Shown piece by piece: positions 56,299 through 64,000 of a stretch of 64,000 nt of DNA. The notes below the pieces were generated by a model. That model worked only from the letters and a program-made list of their open reading frames with translations. It was not told the DNA's origin and made no database searches. Each line of letters opens with the position of its first letter. The stretch's first letter is position 1. Source of the stretch: an uncultured delta proteobacterium. Lineage in GTDB: Bacteria > Desulfobacterota > Binatia > DP-6. Position numbers and translations under genes: made by a program. Location of the stretch: NCBI GenBank assembly GCA_963815115.1, contig CAWFFN010000005.1:352001-416000 (forward strand), read 5' to 3'.

Positions 56299-57960
56299 TC
56301 AGGTGCTCCCCGCGCCCAGGGCCGCCTCGGCGAACTGCTTCGCCCAGGCGTAGTCGGGTTTCCCGCTCGGGCTGCGCACGATCTCCGGGGCCGCGACCAC
56401 CGCCTTCGGCACCTTGTAGCCCGCCAGGTGCGGGCCGCAGTGCGCGCGGACGTCCTCCAGGCCGGGCGTCGCGCTGCCGGGACGCAGGGACACGACCGCC
56501 GTCACCTGCTGGCCCCAGCGCTCGCTCGGCGTCCCGACCACCAGGGCGTCCTCGATGGCGGGGTGGCTCTTGAGCACCCGCTCCACCTCCTCGACGAACA
56601 CCTTCTCACCGCCGGTGTTGATGCACATGGCCTCGCGGCCGAGGAAGAGGAGGCGTCCGTCGGGCAGCCAGCGCCCGCGATCCCCGCCCACCGAGTAGCG
56701 CACGCCGCCCACGGTCGGAAAGGTCTCCTCGGTCTTCTTCCGATCGCCCAGGTAGCCGAGCGGCAGATGTCCGGTCGAGGCGATCCAGCCCACGCCGTCG
56801 CTGCCGGGCGGCAGCACCCCTTGCCGGTCGTCGCGCAGCAGCACGGTGCCGTCGCGCGGCGGATAGGCGGGCAGGCCCGCGTGACCGCTCTCGGTGTCGC
56901 TCGCCATGGCCTGCAGGCCCTGCTCCGAGGCCCCCAGGCTCTCCAGCAGCAGCGTGCCCTCGGGCATCGCGGCGAGCAGCTCGTCGCGCACCGTGCGCGA
57001 GAGCACGGCCGCGGTGCTGGTGACCGCACGGATGGACGACACGTCGTGGGGACCTTCTCGTAGCGCCGCCAGGAGCGGCCGCGCCACGCCGTCGCCCGTC
57101 ACCATGATCGCGTCGCAGCGATGCCGCTCGACGGCGCGCCACACGGACTGCGGATCGAGCCGTCGCGTCTCCTCGGGCAGCACCACGGTGCCACCGCGAT
57201 GGAAGGAGTTGAACGCGTTCCACTGTCCGGCGCCGTGCATGAACGGCAGGCAGATGAGGGAGCGTCCGCCGATGCCGAGGTTCACGTGATCGCGCAGCTG
57301 CTCCTCGGTCTCCAGCCGCGGAAACCCGGGAAGATGGCCGCCGAGCCCGTTGTAGAAGACATCCTCGTGGCGCCACAGCACGCCCTTCGGCAGACCCGTC
57401 GTGCCACCGGTGTAGAGGACGTAGAGGTCGTCCGCCGAGTAGGGCAGCGCGGGCGGTGCGGCGCTCGCTCCGGCGAGCCAGGTCTCGTAGTCGACGGCGC
57501 CGGGCAGGAGCGGCTCGCCCGAGTCGTCGGCAACCTGGATCAGGTGGCGGAGCGAGGGAAGCCGCGCGCGGATCGCGGCGAGCGTCGGGGCGAAGGCCGC
57601 GTGGTAGATGACGGCGCGCGCGTCGCTGTTGGTGAAGACGTAGACCAGCTCCTCCGCCTTGTAGCGGTAGTTCACGTTGACGAAGGCGGTTCGGGCCTTC
57701 AGCGCACCGTACATGGCCTCGATCCACTCGGGGCCGTTGTAGAGGTAGAGCGCCACGTGATCCTGTCCGGACGCCCAGGGCTGGAGGTCGCGACGCTCGG
57801 TGCGGCAGCCGAGGCCGAGACCGCACAGCGCGCTCGCGATCCGCCGGCTACGAGCGGTGAGATCCCCGTGGGTGAGGACGCGGTCCCCCCACACGACGGC
57901 CTCCCGATCGGGAACCAGGCCGGCGACGCGCTCCTGGATCGTCCCGAGGTGCACGAGCAT
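56299..57960 (-). CDS. Acyl-CoA synthetase (FadD19-like)
   Basis: NVNYRY, YTGGTTGLPKG, GASE, PLGY, INTGGEKVF.EEVE, RSPSGK.DY. Confidence 0.92.
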   Translation of the reverse strand: MLVHLGTIQERVAGLVPDREAVVWGDRVLTHGDLTARSRRIASALCGLGLGCRTERRDLQPWASGQDHVALYLYNGPEWIEAMYGALKARTAFVNVNYRYKAEELVYVFTNSDARAVIYHAAFAPTLAAIRARLPSLRHLIQVADDSGEPLLPGAVDYETWLAGASAAPPALPYSADDLYVLYTGGTTGLPKGVLWRHEDVFYNGLGGHLPGFPRLETEEQLRDHVNLGIGGRSLICLPFMHGAGQWNAFNSFHRGGTVVLPEETRRLDPQSVWRAVERHRCDAIMVTGDGVARPLLAALREGPHDVSSIRAVTSTAAVLSRTVRDELLAAMPEGTLLLESLGASEQGLQAMASDTESGHAGLPAYPPRDGTVLLRDDRQGVLPPGSDGVGWIASTGHLPLGYLGDRKKTEETFPTVGGVRYSVGGDRGRWLPDGRLLFLGREAMCINTGGEKVFVEEVERVLKSHPAIEDALVVGTPSERWGQQVTAVVSLRPGSATPGLEDVRAHCGPHLAGYKVPKAVVAAPEIVRSPSGKPDYAWAKQFAEAALGAGST

Positions 57961-57980
57961 GGGGGTCGGTTGGTACCCGG

Positions 57981-57999
57981 ACAAACGTTTGTTTGTCAA
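57981..57999 (-). promoter_or_regulatory. Palindromic operator (ACAAACA-AA-CGTTTGT) overlapping TTGACA, upstream of the acyl-CoA synthetase
   Basis: Same motif as the sites at 4976 and 63716. Confidence 0.7.
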
Positions 58000-58047
58000 C
58001 GCGCGGGCCCTTGTCGGCCCGGAGGGCAGGGAGTAGTCGATCGGGCC

Positions 58048-58965
58048 ATGGACGAGGAGGTGTGGCCCCCGCTGCCCTTCGACGACTGGCGGGACACCTG
58101 CGCCACGCTGCACCTGTGGACGCAGGTGGTCGGCAAGGTCCGGCTGGTCCAGTCGCCGTGGACGAACCACTCCTGGCACGTGCCGCTCTACGTCACCGCG
58201 CGCGGGCTCACGACCTCGACGATCCCGCACGGCGCGCTGACGTTCTCGATCGATTTCGACTTCATCGATCATCGCCTCCTCATCGAGACCAGCGCCGGGG
58301 GCGTGCGCATCCTGCCGCTCCAGCCTCGCAGCGTGGCCGAGTTCTACGCCGCGGTGATGGCGCTGCTCGACGAGCTCGGAGTCGCGGTGCGCATCCGGAC
58401 CATGCCCAACGAGATCCCGGACGCCATCCCGTTCGAGCGCGACCGCGAGCATGCCGCATACGACGCCGACAAGGCGCACCGTTTCTGGCGCGCTCTCGTC
58501 CAGATCGACCGGGTGTTCAAGGTGTTCCGGGCGGGCTTCGTCGGCAAGTGCAGCCCGGTGCACTTCTTCTGGGGCAGCTTCGACCACGCCGTGACCCGCT
58601 TCTCCGGCCGCCCCGCGCCGCCGCATCCGGGCGGCGTTCCCAACATGCCGGACTGGGTCGCCCGCGACGCCTACTCGCACGAGGTCAGCAGCGCGGGCTT
58701 CTGGCCCGGGAACGCCACCTTCCCGGAGGCCGTCTTCTACGCCTACGCCTATCCGGAGCCGCAGGGCTTCCGTGACGCCACCGCACGGCCGGCCGCGGCG
58801 CGCTTCGAGGGCACCCTCGGCGAGTTCGTCCTGCCGTATGCGGCGGTGCGGGGCAGCGACGACCCCGACGGCACGCTCCTCGCATTCATGCAGAGCACCT
58901 ACGAAGCGGCTGCGGAGCGGGGGAGATGGGATCGCGCGGCCCTGGAGCGCCAGGCGCCGCGCTGA
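58048..58965 (+). CDS. DUF5996 family protein
   Basis: WRDTCATLHLWTQVVGK, NHSWHV, SPVHFFWGSFD, AYSHEVSSAGFWPG. Confidence 0.85.
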   Translation: MDEEVWPPLPFDDWRDTCATLHLWTQVVGKVRLVQSPWTNHSWHVPLYVTARGLTTSTIPHGALTFSIDFDFIDHRLLIETSAGGVRILPLQPRSVAEFYAAVMALLDELGVAVRIRTMPNEIPDAIPFERDREHAAYDADKAHRFWRALVQIDRVFKVFRAGFVGKCSPVHFFWGSFDHAVTRFSGRPAPPHPGGVPNMPDWVARDAYSHEVSSAGFWPGNATFPEAVFYAYAYPEPQGFRDATARPAAARFEGTLGEFVLPYAAVRGSDDPDGTLLAFMQSTYEAAAERGRWDRAALERQAPR

Positions 58966-59031
58966 GCCTTGACCCTCGTTTCGCGCCCGGCCTATACCCA
59001 CGGCGTCCGAACGCAGGGAGGCGACCATAAG

Positions 59032-60123
59032 ATGGTACGAGGCGCGGTGCTCTACAATTTCAACGAGGCGCTCACGATCGATTCGCTGGAGCTGAAGGCG
59101 CCGCGTGCCGACGAGGTCGTGGTGAAGCTCGCCGCCAGCGGCGTGTGCCACTCGGACCTGTCCGTGCAGCAGATGAAGCTGCCGTTCCCGCCCCCGGTGG
59201 TGCTCGGACACGAGGGCGCCGGGATCGTCGAGGAGGTCGGCAAGGACGTCACCACCCTCGAGGCCGGCGACCACGTGGTGCTCTCCTGGGTCGAGGCCTG
59301 TGGCCGCTGCCACTACTGCGTGGCCGGCACGGTTCACCTGTGCGATCGCAGCCAGCAGGGGCTGATGACCGGCGAGGAGAACGTCTTCAGGAAGAACGGG
59401 ACGGAGATCGCTCGCATGGCGGGCGTCGGCTCCTTCGCGGAACGGACGGTGGTGCGCGCGACCGCCGCCATCAAGATCCCGGACGACGTCCCTCTCGATC
59501 GCGCCTGTCTGGTCGGCTGCGGCGTGATGACCGGCGTCGGTGCGGTGGTCAACACCGCCAGGGTGCGGCCGGGAGAGACGGTCGCGGTGTTCGGATGCGG
59601 CGGGGTCGGCCTGAACGTCATCCAGGGGGCGGCGCTGAGCGGGGCGTCGCGCATCATCGGCGTCGACCTCGCGAAGAGCAAGCTCGAGCTGGCGAAGCAG
59701 TTCGGCGCCACCGACGTGGTCGACGCGTCGGGGGGAGCGGACGCGCCCGGGGCGATCAAGGAGCTGACCGGCGGCCTCGGCGTGGACTACGCCTTCGAGG
59801 TGATCGGCGCGCCGGCGGTGATCACCCAGGCCTTCCTGTCGGTGAAGCGCGGCGGCAAGGCGGTGGTGGTCGGCGTGCCGGGCTTCGGCCTCGACGTGTC
59901 CGTGCCTGGCATCATGCTCCCGCTGGACGAGAAGTCGCTCGTCGGCTCGCTGTACGGCTCGGCCAACATGCGGCGCGACATGCCGAAGCTGCTCGACCTC
60001 TACATGCGGGGCAAGCTCAAGATCGACGAGCTGGTCTCGCGGCGCATCAAGCTCGACGACGTCAACGACGCGTTCGAGGCGATGGAGAAGGGCGAGGTCG
60101 CGCGCTCGGTGATAGTGTACTGA
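59032..60123 (+). CDS. Zn-dependent alcohol dehydrogenase
   Basis: GVCHSD, GHEGAG, CGRCHYC..C, GCGVMTG, GCGGVG. Confidence 0.93.
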   Translation: MVRGAVLYNFNEALTIDSLELKAPRADEVVVKLAASGVCHSDLSVQQMKLPFPPPVVLGHEGAGIVEEVGKDVTTLEAGDHVVLSWVEACGRCHYCVAGTVHLCDRSQQGLMTGEENVFRKNGTEIARMAGVGSFAERTVVRATAAIKIPDDVPLDRACLVGCGVMTGVGAVVNTARVRPGETVAVFGCGGVGLNVIQGAALSGASRIIGVDLAKSKLELAKQFGATDVVDASGGADAPGAIKELTGGLGVDYAFEVIGAPAVITQAFLSVKRGGKAVVVGVPGFGLDVSVPGIMLPLDEKSLVGSLYGSANMRRDMPKLLDLYMRGKLKIDELVSRRIKLDDVNDAFEAMEKGEVARSVIVY

Positions 60124-61094
60124 TGCCCGTGACCACGATCCGGCGACCGGGGAGGGTCGGGGTCGCGGCATGTCTCGTGGGCATCCTGCTCGCCGCCAGC
60201 GCCGGCGCCGACACCAAGCCGCCGAAGCTGCGTCGTCCCAAGGAGGGCATCCAGTTCACCGTCGGCCCGGTGACCGTCGAGCGCGGCAAGGAAGTCACCG
60301 AGTGCACGTACTTCAAGATGCCGAGCAAGCGCGACCTCGACGTCAACAAGGTCCAGATCAAGGTGAGCGGCGGCAGTCACCACGTCCACCTCTACCGGCC
60401 CCAGGACGCGAGCCTGGATGAACCTGACGGTCACGAGACCTGCAACTTCGCCCTCGACTTCAGCGTGTGGCAGCTCATCCTGGCGAGCCAGAGCCTGTCG
60501 CTCACCTGGCGCCTCCCGCCCGGCGTCGCCTTCCACTTCCGGGGGGACGAGCAGCTCGCCGCGCAGACGCACTTCGTCGACAACGGGCTGCTCGCCACGC
60601 CGACCGGCGAGGGCTGGGCGGTCTTCAACCTGTTCCGGATGCCGAGACGCAAGGTGAAGTCGTACGCCGGCGCCATCTTCGGCCAGGACCGCGACGTCGT
60701 GGTGCCGCCGGGCAGCTCGACCGCCACCACCCGCTGCATCTTCCCCAAGCCGGTGAAGCTGCTCGCGCTGACCGGTCATTTTCACTTTCGCGGCGTCGAC
60801 TTCACGGCGGGGACGTGGGATGGCTCCAGCGGCACGGAGATCTATCACCAGGTCGGGTACGAGCATCCCGCGTTCGTGCGTTTCACGCCGACCAACACGC
60901 CCACGATCACCGGCATCCAGTGGACGTGCGCCTACGAGAACCACGACGACGAGACGTACACCTTCGGGCCGTTCACGGAGCACAACGAGCACTGCAACCT
61001 GTTTGCGTTCTACTACCCGACCGAGGGCAATCACGAGACCATCACCTGCGTGCAGGAGAACGGCATCGTGACCACCACCGTCCGCGGCGGGTGA
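60123..61094 (+). CDS. Secreted copper type II (PHM/DBH-like) monooxygenase-fold protein
   Basis: Signal peptide; GSHHVHL, GHFHFRG, EHCNLF; TGATG coupling to the ADH gene. Confidence 0.7.
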   Translation: MPVTTIRRPGRVGVAACLVGILLAASAGADTKPPKLRRPKEGIQFTVGPVTVERGKEVTECTYFKMPSKRDLDVNKVQIKVSGGSHHVHLYRPQDASLDEPDGHETCNFALDFSVWQLILASQSLSLTWRLPPGVAFHFRGDEQLAAQTHFVDNGLLATPTGEGWAVFNLFRMPRRKVKSYAGAIFGQDRDVVVPPGSSTATTRCIFPKPVKLLALTGHFHFRGVDFTAGTWDGSSGTEIYHQVGYEHPAFVRFTPTNTPTITGIQWTCAYENHDDETYTFGPFTEHNEHCNLFAFYYPTEGNHETITCVQENGIVTTTVRGG

Positions 61095-61104
61095 GCGTCG
61101 CTGG

Positions 61105-61986
61105 CTAGCAGGCGGCGAGCGCGCGCAGGAGCTCCTCGAGCGCGTGAGCCGCGTCGGCGACGTCGCGTCCGCGCGGCAGGCCGACGACCAGATCTTCCAG
61201 GCCCGCAGCGCGATAGGCCCCGAGGTCGCGGCGGAGCGCGGCGGCCGTGTCGCGGCGCCGGAGCGTGACGCGGACCGACGCCGGATCGCGGCCCCCGGCC
61301 TCGCAGCACGCCCGCAGGCGAGCCACGCGCGCCGCCATCTCCGCGGGCGAGAGGTCGATGCCGTGCCAGCCGTCGCCGTGACGCGCGGCGCGTGCCAGGG
61401 CGGCCGCGGAGTTGCCGGCGATCCAGATGGGCGGGTGCGGGCGCTGGACCGGTCGCGGGCCCGTGCGCACGGGCGGGAGCCGGTAGTAGGGACCGTCGTG
61501 CGACGCCGTCCCGCCCGCCCAGAGCGCGCGGCACACCGCCAGGTAGTCGTCGGTGCGGCGGCCGCGTCCGGCGAACGGCACATCGAGCGCGGCGAATTCC
61601 TCCGCCAGCCAGCCGGTGCCGACGGCGAGGACGAGGCGTCCGCCCGAGAGCGCATCGAGCGTCGCCGCGTGCTTCGCCGTGAGCACCGGATTGCGATACG
61701 GCATCACGTAGGCGCTCACCCCGAGCCGGACCCGACGCGTGTGCCCGGCGAGGAAGGCGAGGGTCACCAGGGGCTCGTAGAACTCCTCGATGATGCCGAG
61801 CCGGGCGGGACCCGGAGCGGCCTCGCCGCCGTAGGGGTACACGCTGCGCACGTCCGCCGGCGCGACCAGGTGGTCGCTGAGCCAGACGCCGTCGGCGCCG
61901 AGCCCCTCGGCGAGCTGCGCCAGCCGGACGAGGGCATCGGGCCCCGCCAGCGGGCCGTAGTTGGGGAGCGCGACGCCGATCCGCAC
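61105..61986 (-). CDS. LLM class (probably F420-dependent) oxidoreductase
   Basis: RIGVALPN, WLSDHL, PYRNP, TLDALSGGR, GWLAEEF, PPIWIAG. Confidence 0.88.
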   Translation of the reverse strand: MRIGVALPNYGPLAGPDALVRLAQLAEGLGADGVWLSDHLVAPADVRSVYPYGGEAAPGPARLGIIEEFYEPLVTLAFLAGHTRRVRLGVSAYVMPYRNPVLTAKHAATLDALSGGRLVLAVGTGWLAEEFAALDVPFAGRGRRTDDYLAVCRALWAGGTASHDGPYYRLPPVRTGPRPVQRPHPPIWIAGNSAAALARAARHGDGWHGIDLSPAEMAARVARLRACCEAGGRDPASVRVTLRRRDTAAALRRDLGAYRAAGLEDLVVGLPRGRDVADAAHALEELLRALAAC

Positions 61987-62051
61987 CGTCGCGATGATGG
62001 CAGACGGCGCTGCTTGCAGTCGAGCCCGCTCCGGGCGCACCATCGCGCGCC

Positions 62052-62498
62052 GTGGCGACGGACGTCGAGGCCATCACCGCGCTGGTCATGTCGTACGCCG
62101 AGCGCATCGACGCGGGCGATCTCGATGGCGTGGCCGCGCTGTTCGCGCACGCCACCTGGCGCTCGTCGGTCCGGGCCGAGCCGCTACGCGGCGTCGCCGA
62201 GGTGCGGCGGGCCTACGACGGAGTGCTGCTCTATGACGGCGTTCCCGCGACCCGCCACGCCGTCACCAACCTCGTCGTGGAGATCGAGCCGCCGGATCGG
62301 GCGCGGGCGCGCTCGACCTTCACCGTCTTCCAGGCGCGGCCGGACTTTCCGCTCCAGGCAGTCATCTGCGGGCGCTATCACGACGCGTTCGAGCGCGTCG
62401 CGGGGAGCTGGCGCTTTGCGGATCGCCTGATCGTGCCCGAGCTGATCGGCGACCTGAGCCGTCACCTCAGGCCCGGGCCCGGACCTGCTCGGGCGTGA
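62052..62498 (+). CDS. SnoaL/NTF2-like protein
   Basis: [23 protein letters not shown]....WRFADR. Confidence 0.85.
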   Translation: MATDVEAITALVMSYAERIDAGDLDGVAALFAHATWRSSVRAEPLRGVAEVRRAYDGVLLYDGVPATRHAVTNLVVEIEPPDRARARSTFTVFQARPDFPLQAVICGRYHDAFERVAGSWRFADRLIVPELIGDLSRHLRPGPGPARA

Positions 62499-63697
62499 AG
62501 CGGATCGGCATCCGCTTGATGCCGTTGATGAAGTTCGAGCGCAGGCGCTCCACGGGTCCGGCCACCTCGATGTCGGGCAGGCGCCGCAGCAGCTCCTCGA
62601 ACATCACGCGGATACTCGAGGCGCGCCAGGTTGGCGCCGAGACAGAAGTGGGGGCCGATGCCGAAGGCGAGATGGTCGTTGGGCGTCCGGCCGACGTCGA
62701 AGCGGGCGGCGTCCGGGAAGACGTCGTCGTCGCGGTTGGCGGACGCGTAGAACAGGACCAGCTTGTCGCCCTCGCGGATGCGCTGCCCGCCGAGCTCGAC
62801 GTCGCGCGTGGCGGTGCGCTGGAAGAGGTTGACGGGCGTCACCCAGCGCAGCATCTCCTCGACCGCCGTCGCCAGCAGCCCGGGATCGGCCTGCAGGCGC
62901 GCGCGCTCCTCGGGATGCTCGATCAGGGCCAGGAGGCCGCCGGAGATGAGGTTGCGGGTGGTCTCGTTGCCCGCGACCAGGAGCAGCATGAAGAAGGCGT
63001 TGAACTCCTGGAGCGTCAGGCGGCTGCCGTCGACCTCGCCCTGCATGAGCTCGCTCGCCAGGTCCTCGCGCGGGTGGGCGCTCCGATCGGCGGCCAGCTC
63101 GTTGGCGTACATGAAGAGCTCGGCGGCGGCGATCTTCGGGACCATCGGGTCGGTCTGGTACTCGGGGTCGTCGTAGGCGATCATCTGGTTGCTCCACTGG
63201 AGCACCCGACGCCGGTCCTCGACCGGGACCCCGGCCAGCTCGACGATCACCCGCAGCGGCAGCTCGGCGGCGATCGCGTCGACGAAGTCGCACTCGCCGG
63301 CCCCCGCGACCTGATCGAGGATGCTCGTCGTGATGTCGCGAACGTGCTCCTCCAGCCGGCGGATCATGCGGCCGGAGAACCCGAGGCTCACCAGCTTGCG
63401 GTACTTGGTGTGGTCGGGCGGGTCGAGGTTGATGAGCATGTTGCGCTGCGCCTGGTATTCCTCCTCGTTCCAGGGCCGCATGATGGCGCCGCGGCGCTGC
63501 GAGGAGAACGTCTTCTGGTCGAGGGAGATGGCGAACAGGTCCGGGTAGCGAGTGATCGCCCAGAAGCCTGCGTCGTCCGGCCGCTCCTGCCAGCACACCG
63601 GCGCTTCGGTGCGGAGTCGGCGGAAGGCGGCATGGGGCGGCCCGTGGACGGCGTAGTGGTCCTGGTCGAGCAGGTCGGCATCGACACCCGTGGTCAT
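62467..63697 (-). CDS. Cytochrome P450 (CYP125/142-like); apparent +1 frameshift at 62614
   Basis: [21 protein letters not shown]; removing one base restores [20 protein letters not shown]...[11 protein letters not shown], with stop at 62467. Confidence 0.9.
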
Positions 63698-63715
63698 CGC
63701 CTCGGATGTACGAGA

Positions 63716-63734
63716 ACAAACGTTCGTTTGTCAA
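63716..63734 (-). promoter_or_regulatory. Perfect palindromic operator (ACAAACG-AA-CGTTTGT) overlapping TTGACA, upstream of the P450
   Basis: Perfect 7-2-7 inverted repeat; TACATC lies 18 bp downstream of TTGACA. Confidence 0.75.
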
Positions 63735-63770
63735 GAAAAAGGGCGATTATCCCAGAAAAAGAGGGGTCGC

Positions 63771-64000
63771 TCAGCCGTCGCGCTCGACGAATCCGAGCTC
63801 GTGGATGCCATACCCGGTGCGCCCCGCGTACCGGTAGCGGGTGATGGCGTCCTTGAGCGCGGTCCGCCCCATCCAGACCGGGCAATTCACCAGGACCTCC
63901 TCGCCCACGATCCGGTGCTCGCGGCCGTGCTCGTCGGTGAGGAGGGCGTCGACTCCCGTCTGCCGGGAGCCGTCCTCGGCCGTGCGCGGCTCGATCTCGA
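63771..64000 (-). CDS. Hypothetical protein, C-terminal part (5' end outside window)
   Basis: Open frame EIEPRTAEDG...LTDEHGREH...GRTGYGIHELGFVERDG* with GC3-rich codons. Confidence 0.65.
   Translation of the reverse strand, partial: EIEPRTAEDGSRQTGVDALLTDEHGREHRIVGEEVLVNCPVWMGRTALKDAITRYRYAGRTGYGIHELGFVERDG

Noticed and set aside
56299-60171. 1290-aa fusion ORF, and other long Arg/Ala/Pro-rich or antisense ORFs (e.g. 14518-17304, 26057-28396 and the upstream extensions of the rSAM ORFs)
   Set aside because: Shadow ORFs caused by high GC3; the real genes start at internal codons or lie on the opposite strand.
1-64000. tRNA, rRNA, intact transposase/integrase or prophage genes
   Set aside because: None recognised; nearly all of the sequence is accounted for by protein-coding genes.

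Overview
High-GC bacterial chromosomal window. The gene content (DUF1329, MaoC-type dehydratase, CoA-transferase, secreted Cys-rich proteins) is typical of uncultured Deltaproteobacteria/Binatota-like genomes; that taxonomy is an inference. The centrepiece is a ~23 kb minus-strand type II FAS/PKS-like gene cluster (25628-48958). It encodes three Cys-His-His ketosynthases, three catalytically altered KS-like partners, two ACPs, FabZ, FabG, two crotonases, a 3-hydroxyacyl-CoA dehydrogenase, a PaaK-like ligase, a phytoene-desaturase-like flavoprotein, four cobalamin-dependent radical SAM enzymes and a myo-inositol-1-phosphate synthase. Its core gene order resembles the candidate ladderane-lipid cluster of anammox bacteria. 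It is flanked by an ABC-2/MlaC export unit and an MBOAT + DltX-like peptide + SGNH acyl-transfer trio. Other features: a BtrR/NeoB-like aminocyclitol aminotransferase next to a flippase-like gene, three copies of a palindromic operator overlapping TTGAC boxes, a 245-bp CTAG-bounded MITE-like element inside the cluster, an IS1202-like end, a vapBC pair, and four single-base frameshifts. Family assignments come from motif recognition by eye; no database search was run.
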